Shown here: piece after piece, positions 50,128 to 64,000 of the stretch
Position numbering within the stretch: position 1 is the first letter of the stretch
Layout of the letters: each line of letters opens with the position of its first letter
Assembly: GCA_977017645.1 (NCBI GenBank)
Contig: OZ360225.1
Coordinates: 147,374,001-147,438,000, forward strand
Reading direction: 5' to 3'
DNA: 64,000 nucleotides
Source of the DNA: Torpedo marmorata
Lineage: Eukaryota
The notes under the pieces: model-generated
Seen by the model: only the letters and a program-made list of their open reading frames with translations
What the model was told of the DNA's origin: nothing
Database searches by the model: none
Position numbers and translations under genes: made by a program

Positions 50128-53100
50128 TGTGGTAACTTCTACTTTGAAAAAGGACCACTCGACAACTTCAAGCTCAAAAGAACAACTTTATCTGCAACAG
50201 CAAAACCATACAAATGCAGAGTCTTATTTTCTTCCTCTGTTTCTTTCCCTCTGGCAACACACAGCATGGCCTCCAAGCTATATACAAGGCACACAGGAAG
50301 TAAAGACGACAGACAGGAAGTAAAACCCCTCCCAGCCTCACTTTAAAAACAGCTCACATTACAACACTTCTCCCCCATAAAATCCAACATGCCCCAAATA
50401 TAAAGAACAATGGTGTCATTAGCTTGTGTACTCCTAAAATGTATAATAACATCTCAGCAACAATAATATAAAAACATCCAAAAAATGTGGCAGATTCCAC
50501 ATTACAGTCTAAAAAACCTGTCCAATCAAAGATTTAGTCTGTCAGGAGGTTCGCGAGTGCGCTGTGATCTGCGCACTACCCCCGATGACCCAGCAGGCAC
50601 CGCTGACAAAGGTATTTTGGGCGAATCTGATGTTGGGGGCATAAGAGGGGTCTGTGTGGGAATGTCCATCCTCTTCAGGGGACCCAGACCCCTCTGCCAG
50701 CATCTCTCTCTCTCTGGCAAACTCACCGGGGAACAAACTTCCACAGTAGTCTGTCTCACCATTGGGAACTCCATGGAACTGTCCGCCTCCGAGTACGTAT
50801 CATGACGCAAGCGCACATGGTCCTGATGTCTGCGGAAAACACGTCCGTCAGTCAGCTTAACAACATAGGAGACAGGCCCACTCTGCTTAAGAATAACCCT
50901 GGTAAGCCATTGTTGATTGTTTCTCACATAGACATTGTCATCTGGTTTTAACTGTCTTTCTCACGCATGTTGATCATGTCCCTCCTTCTGCTTTTCCTGC
51001 TTTCGCTCCACTCTTGCCTTCATGTCCGGGCGCAGCAGGTCCAATCTTGACTTGGGCCTATGCCCCATCAGCATCTCCACTGGAGTGCGTTTAGTTGTAG
51101 TCTGCGGCGTAAGGCAATATTTAAACAAGAAACGTGAAAGCCAGATGCGAAGAGAGTCCTCTGTCATCCTCTTCAGGCCTTCCTTCACTATCTGAACAGC
51201 CCGCTCAGCCAAACCATTTGAGACTGGGTGGAAAGGGGCTGTCCGAATGTGATGAATGCCATTCTGCTGCATGAACTCACTGAACAGCTCACTGGTAAAT
51301 GTCGGGCCATTATCAGTGACCAGAGTGTCAGGCAACCCCTGGACTGCAAACACTTGCCTGAGTTTGTCTATGGTTGAGTGGGCTGTAATGTTGCCCATGA
51401 TGTGAGCTTTTATCCATTTGGAATGCGCAACCACCATTACTAGAAACATCTGCCCCATAAAAGGGCCAGCAAAGTCCAAATGTAGCCTAGACCAGGGGCG
51501 GTCTGGCCACTCCCATGGGTGCAAAGGAGCTGCTGGTGGCATTTTCTGATTGATCTGACATTGCATGCATGATTTTACCTTGTTCTCCAGATCCTGATCC
51601 ATTCTTGTCCACCAGACGTAGGATCCTGCAAGGCTTTTCATTTGAGACACCCCTGGATGAGTCTCATGAACTTCCTCCACAATCTTTGAATGGCCAGGGG
51701 GAGGCACGATGACCCTCTCCCCCCAGAAAATGCAGCCATCCTGCAGACTCAATTCTGTCTTACATTTGGCAGAAGGCTTCAGTTCCTCTCCTTCCACGAT
51801 ACTGGGCTATCCTTGTAAAAGGAAAGTCTTGACTTGAGACCGGACTGGGTCCCTCTATCCACTGCTTTATCTGAGTTGCCTTTACAGATGTCTCTGACAG
51901 CCTCTCCAATGAAAACACCGTTTCTGGAGGCACATATGTAGTCTCCAGTGTCTCAGGTAAAGGTAGATGACTCAGCGGATCAGCATTTGCTTTATCCCCA
52001 CCTGCTCTGTACACAATAGTGCATTGGTAGGCTCACAATGTGAGAGCCCAACGCTGTATCCTAGCTGAGGCTAGCAGTGGGACACATCTGGTCTCACTGA
52101 ACAGGCTCATCAGTGGTTTATGATCAGTATAACTTTTGAATGCACATCCATAAAGGTACTGATGAAAACGTTTGACCGCAAAAACAATGGCCAAACCTTC
52201 TTTGTCTAGCTGTGAATATCCCTTCTCAGCAGCCGTCAGGGTACGTGAAGCAAAACCAATAGGCTTCTCTGAACGGTCCTCTATTACATTAGAGAACTGA
52301 CCCTACTCCATAGGGTGAGTCGTCACATGAAAGGGAAATCTCTTTATCTGGGTCAAAGTGAACCAGCAGCTTCACTGAGTGGAGGAGTTCTTTCACGTCC
52401 TTGAAAGCTTCCTCCTGCTCTTCACTCAACTGCCACTTGGAGCTATTGTGCAACATCTTGTGCAGTGGGGCCAAAACCCCTGAGGTCAGGAAGAAACTTG
52501 CCATAATAATTCACCATGCCCAAAAATGATCTAAGTTCTGTGACACCCTTTGAGCTTGGGGCCTCCTTGATAACTCTCACTTTGTCCTCCACCGGGCAGA
52601 GCCCCTCAGCTGTGATCTTGTCCCAGGTAGGTCGCACTCGGTGCCAGGAACACACATTTACCACGTTTCAATCGCAGCCCTGCATCTGAGAGCCTCTTCA
52701 ACACCTATTCCAAGTTAGCCAGATGCTCCACCTCCGTGGCCCCCGTGATCAAAATATCATCCAGATACACCGCTACGTGCGGAATCCCCTGCAGCAAGAT
52801 GTCCATTGTCCTTTGGAAAATGGCAGGGCTGGACGCCACTCCAAACACCAGGCGATTATATTTAAATACCTTAAGCGTGTTAATTGTGACATTCTCCTTT
52901 GAATCCTCATCGAGCAGCAGCTGTTGGTAAGCGTGGCTCATGTCCAGCTTTGTGAATAGCTTACCCCCTGACAGGGTCGCAAACAGGTCATCCACCCGTG
53001 GCAATGGGTATTCCTCCAGCTTAGAGACCTGATTCACCATAAGCTTATAGTCCCCACATATCCTCACCATTTTGTCTGCCTTCAAAACTGGAACAATGGG

Positions 53101-53950
53101 AGCTGCCCACCTTGAAAACTGGACGGACTCAATGATTCCCAACCACTGTAAATGTTTCAGCTCCTCCTCGACCTTGTCTTTCATGTTGTAGGGCACTGCC
53201 CTGGGCTTAAAAAACGTGGTGTGGCCTCAGGATCAACATTGAGTTTCACTGTCACGCCCTTCAATGTGCCCAGCTTATCCCTGAAAACATCACTCTACCT
53301 CTGCAGAATGTTCTCCGCCGTGTGTGCATACTTAATTTCATGCCAGTTGAGCCGGATTTTGCGAAGTCACTCGCAGCCCAAAAGACTGGGCACGCTGCAC
53401 TTAGCTATCACCAGCCTGGCTTCCGCCTTCTGACCCCCGTATAAAATATCCACATATAACACCCCTAAATGAGGTATGGGCTGCCCCGTATTGGTCCTGA
53501 GTTTGAACTTTGACAGTCTGATGGGAGGCAGGTTGGACCCCCATGTCCTCCTGTAGATCTCCTCACTGATGACTGATATTGTAGCCCCTGAATCAATCTC
53601 AAACTTAATTTCCTTTCCTCTGACAGTGACTGTGGCAGAATATGGTTCAGGTGGTTCCTCATCTGTTTCCACTCCAAATATATTGTAAGCACCCGTTGTC
53701 TCTTCATCTGCTTCTTCTGGGTTGTGTGTGGCTACCAGAGCCCATTGAGCTTTCCTCTGCCGAGGCTTAACCTTACCCTTTGAACTCCTGCACTTCTTAG
53801 TTAAATTTCCCTTTTTGCTACAACCATAGCAGAGTGTTTTTGAATTTGCACTCATTTGCATAGTGCATCCCTCCACACCAAGAACATTCTACCCACTTTG
53901 CTTGTATACCAGTCTCCCTCCTGACTTGGTACACTGCCACTGACTGCAAA
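50128..53950 (-). mobile_element. Mag-like Gypsy element, 5'-truncated; 3' LTR 50128-50366
   Basis: Two knuckles, FEIDSGA protease, RT (WAAPIVPV, YLDD), RNase H, integrase (LHLDFAGPF, TDNGPTF); PPT GGGGGAGAAG next to the LTR. Confidence 0.9.
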
Positions 53951-54038
53951 CCCCCCACCCCCACCCCCCCATCTGCCCCCACCCCACCCCCCCCAATCCC
54001 CCCCCACCACCCCCCACACCCCCACACCTCCCCACCCC
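53950..54038. repeat. C-rich low-complexity tract (G-runs on the minus strand)
   Basis: (CCCCCA)n-like runs. Confidence 0.85.
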
Positions 54039-54039
54039 T

Positions 54040-54945
54040 TTGAGATGATCAGAGCTGTGTTCACAATTTTCTGCAGTTGCTTGCAATCTTGGGTAGAACA
54101 GCTCCCGCACCAGGCAGTGATGCATCCTGACAGGATACGCTCAATGGTAGATCTGTGGAAATTGTTGAGGGATGCATGTGACATCCCAAATTTCCCAAGG
54201 CTCCTGAGAAACTAGAAATGTTGGTGCACCTTCTTGGTCATCACATTGCAGGGCAGGTTGTTGGAGATATTTATACCACGAGAGAGAGAGACCTAGGAGT
54301 ACGGGTTCATTGTTTCCTGAAAATGGTGAGGAAGGCATTTGACACACTTGTCTTCATCAGTCAGGGCATTGCAGACAGGAGTTTGGACATCATGTTACAG
54401 CTGTACAAAACATTAGTCCGGCTGCATATGAAATACTGTGTGCAGTTCTAGTCACTTTGCAATGGGAAGCATGTCATTAAACTGTAAAGAGTGCAAAAAA
54501 GACTCACGAGAATGTTACTGGACTGGTGGGCTTGAGATAGGCGTGGCTGAATAGACTGGGCCTTTTTTTCGCCTGGAACATAAGAGGCTGCAGGGTGACT
54601 ATAGAAGTATATAAAATCATGAGGGTCATTGATAAAGTGATTAAACACAGCCTTTTCCCTGAGTAGGAGCGTGTAAAACAAGAGGTCATAATATAAAGTG
54701 AGGGAGGAAAGATGTAAAGATACTGAGGGACATCCTTTTTACACAGAAGCTGGTGCATGTATTGGACAAGCTGCCAGAAGAAGTGGTGGAGGCAGGTACA
54801 ATTATGACATTGAAATGATATTTGCACAGGGACATGGATCGGAAGGAGTTTGAGGGATATGGGCAATGACATTTGAGAATAGCTCCCACAGACAGACGAG
54901 TTGGGCTGAAGGGCCTGTTCTATGCTGTATAGTACTATGTCTCTA
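54040..54945. mobile_element. Rex1-like fragment (minus, about 54040-54270) and CR1 3' fragment (plus, about 54285-54945)
   Basis: RSTIERILSGCITAW; LYKTLVRLHMKYCVQF. Confidence 0.7.
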
Positions 54946-55791
54946 TAAGTCTGAAGATTGAAGATACTTCACAACATCTTATGAACCTGTGAGTTTGGTA
55001 AAAGTAACACTAATATAGAGGGGAAAATCTGTTGATGTAATGAAATATGTAGAATCTGCAAATACGTTAAATCAGTATTTTCAATGGAGAAGTATATTTT
55101 ATACATATTATCTGCTGTGAACAACAATACTGTTTTAAGATAGTTACACTCTTAACAATTGTGTAACTGCTATCCTGATAATGTAAGGTGTATGGAAGAT
55201 TCCAGAGGCCTTGATTAAACCTGTTTGTACACTCTTTTGGTAGAGGTTTAAACCCATGAAGAACCAGTGCAAATCAATAAACACCATGCAGGAAAGAGGG
55301 AGTTGTCTTTGGTGGAAAAAATGTGATTGACTGCTGTGTTTGGGAGTTCCACTATTAAAGAATAATTGTTTGGCTCTGGGAGACAGTTAATCAAAGTTTG
55401 TCCTGTAACTTTCCTGGGTGACAGCCTACCAGTTGGCAGAGTAGCAAGTGGAGATCAGCATGATCGGAAGCATGTTCCTCACAGCATATTAAGATATTAT
55501 ATTCACATTTTGGAAGTTGTAATCATCTTGTCAAAGTAAATATATTGTTTAATATAATACAAAATTGATTTCCAGAGAACCATATGTTCATTAAATAATT
55601 TTTTGGAAAATGGTACATACTTGAAAGGAGAGGGAGGTTATTAGAATCAAGATCAGTTAAGTCTGAATTTTTGATCACTGTTAATGTATTAAATTTTATT
55701 TTGAGGCAAATTTCTATTGGACATTATGGAAATGAAATGATGTCCATATCTCAAAGAATAAAAAAAGAACCTCTCTGCCCTATTTTAACAG

Positions 55792-58700
55792 TGTTGCAAA
55801 ATAACAAACCCTGTTAGTACTAACAAAGGAACAGCAATGGAATATGCACCAGACAATGGTAAATTCAAAAATAGTTTTTATTTAAACTATTAATAACATA
55901 ACATATCTTACTTATCTCTAAACTTAACTCTAACTTAAACCCCACTACGCGCAAATGTAAACGTGTGTGTGTTAAAGTACAAACTATTTCAATCTAAACT
56001 TAAATCTGAAAAAGTCAATTCTTAAAGTCCAGTTTCCAACTTCTTTTGTTGAACTTCAGAATCCCTTTTAAATTATAATTCAGAAGTTATTATAAAGCAA
56101 GAATGGAGCATTCAATTTCTTTCAAACTCACACGTCTTTTGATGAGTGGTCTTTCAGAGATAGTCTTCATACGAGTGTGTTCACAAGTTTCCCCCTATCT
56201 TGTTAGGGTTATGGAACTGTGATCTTCACGATGATTTCTTTCTTAATCAGGAGTAACATACGGTGATGTAATCTTTTCTTAGAAACAATTTGAAAGTGGT
56301 CTTACTTATTTTAAAAGCCACTTATATGGTGTATCTCCTATGATAAGGATAATACACAGAAACAGCACCTCCATTCATTCAGAGATCACTGCTCATAAAA
56401 TGATTCTGCCTTTCCAGAATATCAAAGTTCTTCAGACTTTAAATCTTTGTCTTTCCAAAGTGTCAGAGTTTCTTCAGTCTGGTTCAATCTGTTTCAAAAT
56501 GTCTCTGTGCTTTCATTATATATTTCTGACATCATGTGACATTACATCACCACAGTTTTAGTTTCATTTTCGAAAGCATTACCTCATGCCTTTCTTCAAA
56601 ATCACTTATCCACAAAACATCTGACCTCATCCCTGTTCCAAGATTATAAGTGATTACGACTCCGAATAGTCTGGCACATGTCACTCAAATGGCACTTGAG
56701 TTTGCAACAGCTGCTATCATAAGGCTTTTAAAAACCACACATTGTCCTTAAATCACTTAAATGCACTTCTGTTTCATTATTGGCTGTTGTCTTCTTAGAA
56801 GCGGCGACTCCAAACTGAACTCTCTCTCTGAGTAATGGGTTTTTCCTGCAAATGTGCTGTGACCTGTGTGTGACCCTGTACCAGCCCACAACTAACCTTA
56901 CTAAGATATATAATTCTATAACTTAAATTTAAATATTAATATTAACACATCTGTTACACCTCCGTTCCACAGAGAAAATTTTGAACTTCTAAAAGGTCAA
57001 AATTTTAAATTACAATCTACCATTTATTTAATAGATTTCTTACACAATATGATACAAACAAATATTGCAGAAATAACACGTATATTCAACATCTGGACAG
57101 GCAATCAGCAATAACATTGTCTCTGCCCCTAACATGAGTTATTGCTAAGTCATATCCTTGTAAAATTAAACTCCAGTTCAATTACTGTCTATTTTTAAGT
57201 TTCATTTTACTCAAAAACACCAATGGATTATGGTCAGTGTAAACCACAATTCATCCCATAGCATTGCAAATATAAACCTCAGTGTTGCAAAGCCCATACA
57301 AGAGACAATCATTCCTTTTCAATAGTAGAATAATTCTTTTGGTGTTGATTGAATTTTTTTAGATACATAAGCCACTGGATGTTCAATACCATCATTTTCA
57401 CTTTTCTGCAATAAAACTGCTCCTGTCGTGTCATCACTAGCATCTACTGCTAAAGAGAATGGCTTTCCAAAGTCAGGTGAACTAAGCACAGACCTGTGAC
57501 ATAAAATGGCTTTTAGTTTGTCAAAAGCTTCCTGACAAATTGTTGTCCAAATAAAGTTTTCACCCTTTTTCAAAAGATTAGTCAGAGGAATGGCAATATC
57601 TGCAAAATTTTTATAGAACTTTCTGTAGTACCCAACCATTCCTAAAAATCTCCTTACAGCTTTCTTACCCATGGGCACAGGAAATTCAATAATTGTCTGA
57701 ACTTTAGCTTGAACAGGCGCCACTATTCCTTGGCCAACAACATAACCAAGATAAGTCACCTTAGCATGACAAAATTCACTTTTAGCAAAATTAACAGTAA
57801 GATTTTTTTTTTAATTATTTTATTTAAATTTTTTAAATCACATAATACATAATTCAAAATATATAGTTTCCAAAATACAGTGATATAAATTTCCTCCCCC
57901 CGCACCCTCCCACCCCTCCCCAACCCCCCCAACACCACTATTCTAAAAATAGAAAAAGAAAAAAGAAAAAGAAAAAGAGATTAATAGTGAGGAGAGAACC
58001 ATCTGAAAACCAATTTTAATCTGGAGGTTAAACTCGCCAATAGATCTGATTTCCAAAAATTTCAAATCCTCATACCCATAACTCTCATATATGGGCTCCA
58101 AATTTTTTAAAAAGAATGATATTTATTACGTAAATTATAAGTAATTTTTTCCAAAGGAATACACGAACGAAGTTCTGCATGCCATCTATCTAAATTCAAA
58201 TCTAAATCTGATTTCCAAGTAATAGCAATACATTTTTTTGAAACAGCTAAAGCAATACGCAAAAATTCTACCTGATACATATTCAATCTATTCCTAATAC
58301 TAAATTTTCTAATATCTCCAAATAGAAATAACATAGGGTCCATTGGAAACCTAACATTAAAAACTCTCTCTAAAAAATTCTTAACTTTAAGCCAAAAATC
58401 TTGAATCTTTGGACATAACCATGTAGAATGAACAAATGAACCTACTTCATTCTTACATGTAAAACACAAATCCGACAATGTCGGATTAAATTTCTTTAAT
58501 TTTTTTGGTGTTAAATAAAATTGATGAAAAAAATTATATTGTACCAATCTATACCTAACATTAATAACTTTAGTCATACTTAACTTACATAAATCTTCCC
58601 AATGTTTTTGAGCTATATTAATATTTAAATCTAATTCCCATTTTAATCTTGATTTATGTAATCCTACTTTAGGCATTTTTCTCTGAAATAATTTATACAT

Positions 58701-61700
58701 TTGAGAAATAAACTTATTAACATTTGCTTTAGTAATTAGTAATTCTAACTCATTATACCTTGGAGCAATCAAATCTTTTCCTAATTTCTCAACCAAAAAA
58801 GCTTTAACCTGATAATAAGCTAACCATGTATTATCTAATATATCAAATTTTTCTTTCAATCTTTGAAACGTAACAAATCTTCCAGCTTCAAAACAATCTT
58901 TAAAATTTTTAATACCTTTTTGAAACCATGTTTTCAATAACTGATTATTCATAGTAAATAATAAAAGTGGATTTTGATATAATGGTATATTTAAAGAAAT
59001 TATTCCTTTCCCGCCTATTTCTTTATCTACCTGTGTCCATACTTCCAATAAATGTTTAATAATCGGTGAATTTTTCTTTTTTACTAATAGTAATTTAGAA
59101 TTCCACTTATAAATAATATCCTCTTTATAATTTTCTCCTATATTATTTAATTCTATATTAATCCAAGCAGAAGTTTTAGCTAAATCAAAAAATTCATTAA
59201 CAAATTTTAATTGAGCTGCTTTATAATAATATTGAAAATTAGGGAGTTGCATTCCTCCCATCTCATAATTCCATGTTAACTTCTCCATACTCACTCTTGC
59301 TAACTTCTCTTTCCATAAAAATTTCCTAACTATAAATTTTAAATCTTTAAAAAAAAATTTTGGAATTCCAAAAGGAATTGATTGAAAAAGATATTGAATT
59401 CTTGGAAAAATATTCATCTTAATACAATTTACTCTCCCCATTAAAGTTATAGGTAAATCTTTCCAATTTTCCAAATCTTTCTTTATTTTCGTAAATAAGA
59501 GTATATAATTTAATTTATATAAATTTTCTAATTTTGTATCCACTTTTACTCCCAAATATTTAATTAATTAACAGTAAGATTGGCTTTCAAAAGTTTATCA
59601 AACAATTTCTCTAACGCAGAGCTGTGTTCTTCCCATGTATCATTCCCTGTAACCAAGTCATCAATATAAGCATCTGTATGTTTTAAATCTTGAGTCACAG
59701 AATTAATCATCCTTTGAAATGTTCCTGGAGCATTCTTCATTCCAAATGGTAAAACATTGTACTCATATAAACCTGATGGGGTTACAAAAGCAGAAATTTT
59801 CCTTCCTCTTTCTGTTGAGGGAACACACCAGTAACCTTTTAATAAATCTATATTTGTAAGAAAGGTAGCTTTTTCAATCTTATCCACACAATCATCCACC
59901 CTAGGGGTAGGATAAGCCTCTGTCTTTGTCACTGCATTAACTTTTCTATAATCAGTGCAAAATCTAACTGTCCCATCTGATTTAGGTACCAGTACACAAG
60001 GTGAACTCCAATCTGAAGTAAAATGTCTAATAATATCATTCTTTAACATGTACTCAATCTCTTGATCTACCTGTTTACATTTTTCAATATTCATTCTGTA
60101 TGGATGCTGTTTGATAGGATTTGCATCTCCAATATCAACATCATGGCAAGCGATGGAAGTTCACTGTGGCACATCTGGAAATAAATTTCTGAATTTTAAA
60201 ATCAACTGTTTTATTTGTTCCTTTTCCTAAGGTTTCAAATGAGCCAACTTCTCATCCAAATTTTCCAATATTGAATTAGGAAAACGAACTGGAACAATAT
60301 TCTCTTTACAATGACTCTCACAAGAATCAGCTTGTATGGTCTCATGATCCATAACTTCCTCACTTTTCTCCACAGCCATTACCTCTGGTGAAGGCTGCTT
60401 CTGGCTAACATCCATATTCTCAAAATAAGGTTTTAATATGTTAACGTGGCAACTCTGTGTTTTACGTCTTCTATCAGGAGTTTTAACCACATAATTAACT
60501 TCATTTACCTTAGATTCTATTTCATAAGGTCCTGAAAATTTTGCTATAAGAGGATTAGAAATTGTTGGAACAAGAATTAACACCTTATCCCCTGGTTTAA
60601 AATTTCTCTCTCTTGCTTTTCTGTCATACCAAACCTTCATATCATCTTGAGCCATTTTTAAATTCTCCTTAGCTATCTGACTGACCTTCTGTAAATGATC
60701 TTTGAACTTTGAAACATAATCTAACAAATCTAACTGTACATCCTCATTAACCCACTGTTCTTTCAACAACATTAAAGGTCCCCTAACCTCATGTCCAAAT
60801 ACCAATTCAAAAGGACTAAGGCCTAACGATTCTTGTATTGTTTCCCTTACTGCAAACAAAAGTAAATGAACACCTTCATCCTAGTCCTTCTCATTCTCAC
60901 AACAATAAGTCCTCATAGTTTTTAAAGTCGAAAGGAATCTCTCCAAAGCTCCCTGAGATTCTGTGTGATATGCAGATGATGTAATTTGCTTAGCTCCCAA
61001 TTTATAAACTAACTGCTGAAATACCCCTGACATAAAATTACTTCCCTGATCTGATTGTATCTCTTTAGGCAAACCTAATGAAGTGAAAAATTTCACCAAA
61101 GCCCCAGACACAGTTTTTGCTTTAATATTACTAAGTTGTATTGCTTCAGGAAACCTGGAAGCTACACACATAATGGTCAATAAATATTCATTTCCAGCTT
61201 TTGTTTTGGGCAATGGACCAACACAATCCACAATAACTTTAGAAAAAGGTTCCTCAACAACTGGAATAGGTTTTAAAGGTGCCACTGTGGGACTTTGATT
61301 AGGTTTCCCCACAACCTGACAAGTGTGACATGTCCTATAAAATCTCTCAACAATCTTTTCTTAAATTAGGCCAATAAAATTGTTTCATAATTTTATAGGT
61401 AGTTTTCTTTACCCCAAGATGTCCACCTAAAGGTGTGCTATGAGCCATGTTCAAAATCTCATCTCTATACTCTTTAGGAACCACAACCTGGTGAACAACT
61501 GCCCATTCTTCATTAGCAGGAATCTCAAGTGACCTCCATTTTCTCATCAATAGACCATCTTTGAAATAGTAACCAACTGGCACTGTCTGAATTTCTTCAT
61601 TAGAGAGGGCGTTGTCCCTAACGTCAGCAAGACCAATATTTTCATTTTGTTTCTCTATTAATTTTTACCTGGAGAGTGACAAATCTTTTTCCATCTGCTG

Positions 61701-63120
61701 TTCACTATCACAGACTTCTAACCCCTTTAAATCATTTTGTACATTACTGCCTTCACTGGCAAGCCTTCTTGCCATCGCCCTCGTCACTGCACACACTGGA
61801 TATATATCTAAATCTGTCTCTGTTTCATCAATGACTGACTTATCTATTAATTTCACTGCCGGGATAACGTTACCCTCTGCCAAATCACTTCCTAATAATA
61901 ACGAAATTCCATCCACTAGTAAACTGGATCTCATCCCTATTTTAACAGGTCCATTAACTAATTCTGATTTCAACATTATCTTGTGCAAAGGTATCAATTC
62001 CGAATCACATCCAAAACCTTTAATCAAATTTATTTCACCTGTGGCAGTCTTATCATTAAACTCCAAAACACTGTCTAACACAAGTGACTGAGCTGCCCCA
62101 GTATCTCTGAGTATTTTTACTGTTACCTGTGGTGATCCTTCCTCTAATGAAATTTTACCTTGACACAAAATATTCAAATTCCTTCCTAATCTTACCAGCA
62201 GCTCCTTTTTGACTACCATGTATTTCATCTCTTTGAATACAAGCCTCTGGTACGGTTTCCTGTTCTCACTTTCTCTTCAAGGAAAAACAATTCGCTACCA
62301 CATGACCAGGTTTCTTACAATAATTACAAAATGGACCAGAAAGTTTCTCCTTTTTGTTTTTTTTCCTTCTGTACCTCTAGCACTATTTCCCCATTTACTC
62401 TCTACCTTAATTGGATACTTTAAACTACCTTCTTTAAAAGGTTTACCTTCTGAAAAAGGTCGATTGGGTACAAATCTCACTTTGTGAGTTAAGGCATATT
62501 CATCGGCTAATTTAGCAGCCTCCTGCCAAGTTGTCACTCCCTTTTCATCTAAATATATTTTGATATCATTAGGAATACACCTTTTAATTTCCTCAACCAA
62601 CATCAACTCTTTCAGTCTCTTATAATCACCATTTATTTCTTTTGATGTGCGCCATCGGTCAAAGCACACAACTTTATCATAGGCAAACTCCATAAAAGAC
62701 TGGTTCCCAGCTTTCTTCAAATTCCTGAATTTTTGTCTATAAGCCTCTGGAACCAATTCATAAGCCTTAAGCACAGCTTCCTTTACTGTATCATAATCAG
62801 CGGCTTCTTGAATTGTAAGGGCAGAGTAAGCCTGCTGAGCCTTCCCTTTTATTACACTCTGTAACATGAGGGACCAATGGTTTCTTGGCCACTTCAAACT
62901 CTCAGCCACTTTCTCAAAGTGTTGAAAATATTTATCAATATCATCCTCATTAAATGGAGGAACTAACTTTATTTCTCTACTAGACATAAAATTCTCACGA
63001 GAACCAAGAGATGAAGCTCCTGCTCCTCTCATTTCTAGTTCAAACCTCCTGTTTTTTCTGCTTCTTCCGCCTCAAATCTCCTTTGCTGTACTGCTTCCTC
63101 TCTATCTTTCATAACTCTCT
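55792..63120 (-). mobile_element. Second Gmr1-type Gypsy element (gag-PR-IN-RT-RH), 5' LTR missing; 3' LTR about 55792-56958
   Basis: Gag LVPPFNEDDIDKYFQHFE, LRDTGA, IVDCVGP/SDQGSNF integrase, then RT (YIDD) and RNase H (AVDASD); purine-rich tract next to TGTAACA. Confidence 0.92.
57803..59565 (-). mobile_element. 5'-truncated L1/Tx1-like LINE with an open 482-aa ORF2 C-terminus (58107-59555), inserted in the Gmr1 RT
   Basis: 16-bp TSD AATTAACAGTAAGATT; LPITLMGRVNCIKMNIFPRIQYLFQ, GGMQLPN, CFTC...H...C; poly(A) tail. Confidence 0.93.
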
Positions 63121-64000
63121 GTAGCCTTTTCCTGTCCTGTGCATTGGTACTTCCACACCAGACAATGATGCAATCCGTGAGAATGCTCTCCATGATACAC
63201 TTGCAGAAAATTTAATTTTTAAATTTAGACATACAGCACGGTAACATGCAGACACGGGGAGAACGTACAAACTCCTGACAGACAGTGCTGGATTCGAACC
63301 CAGGTCACTGGCGTCATAATGGCATTGTGCTAGCCGCTACACTAACCGTGCCACATGCTTTGCAAGAGTCTATGGTGACATACCAAATCTCCTCAAACTC
63401 CTAACGAAATATACCGCTGGCGAGCCTTCTTCATGATTGCATTGACATGAAGGCCCTAGGATAGATCTTCAGAGATGTTGAAAGTCTCTGACCAAGGAAG
63501 TAGTAGAGGCTATCTAACTACTTCAATATATTTGGGACGCAGTTAGATAGATTTTTGTATCGTATGGGGAAGTTAGGGTTATGGGCAAATGCTAGTGCAC
63601 AGCCAGATTAGCCATAATCTCATTGAATGGCAGAGCACACTCAACAGACCAGATGGCCTACATCTGCTCCTGTTTCTTATGATTCACTTTGTGAATTCTG
63701 TCAGCAACTCTGCTTCCACTCTCTCTCCAGCAGTGCATTCCAGGTACTCCCTTCTCTCTGAGTGATAAAGGTCCCCTCAGTTCCCCTAACCTGAAGTCTT
63801 TTCCCTCTAGTTTTATTCATCTAAAACATGGGGAAAAGCTTGCACCACCTATACCCCTCATAATTTGATATACCTCAACTATGTCCTGCCTCTGCTTCAG
63901 GTAAAACTGACCTTGCCTATCCAATCTCTCCTCATCCCAGACAACATCCCAGTGAATGTTTTCTGCAACTTCCTCAGTGCTATCACGTATTTCCTACAGT
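63121..64000. mobile_element. Rex1-like fragment with a nested V-SINE (about 63215-63352, minus), followed by CR1 fragments
   Basis: GATGCAATCCGTGAGAATGCTCTCC; GAACGTACAAACTCCTGACAGACAG...GGATTCGAACCC; CR1 tail motifs. Confidence 0.65.

Noticed and set aside
53950-54038. G-quadruplex-forming tract as a functional element
   Set aside because: A simple C-rich expansion at a junction between decayed elements, with nothing else supporting function.

Overview
Vertebrate, repeat-dense genomic DNA. The V-SINE/CR1/Rex1/Penelope repertoire suggests a cartilaginous fish (inference). Only two host-gene exons are recognisable, both on +: the first coding exon of MASTL (519-704, GC donor) and, 20 kb downstream, the first coding exon of RALYL (20581-20852). 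I found no further exon of either gene. The rest is mostly nested transposons: two compact Gypsy elements of one lineage, two Gmr1-type Gypsy elements (PR-IN-RT-RH order), a Mag-like Gypsy, two solo LTRs, L1/Tx1-like, Rex1/Babar and CR1 LINE fragments, Penelope-like elements with minimal hammerhead ribozymes, V-SINEs and a compound hAT MITE. Best lead: both compact Gypsy elements lack a tRNA primer-binding site. Instead each has a 13-14 nt sequence just after the 5' LTR that is complementary to its own LTR AATAAA region, and the pairing co-varies between the two subfamilies. Both also have an (Y/F)LDN RT motif. Together these point to a self-priming, non-chromovirus LTR retrotransposon lineage. 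All calls were made by eye with no database searches; boundaries of old fragments are approximate.
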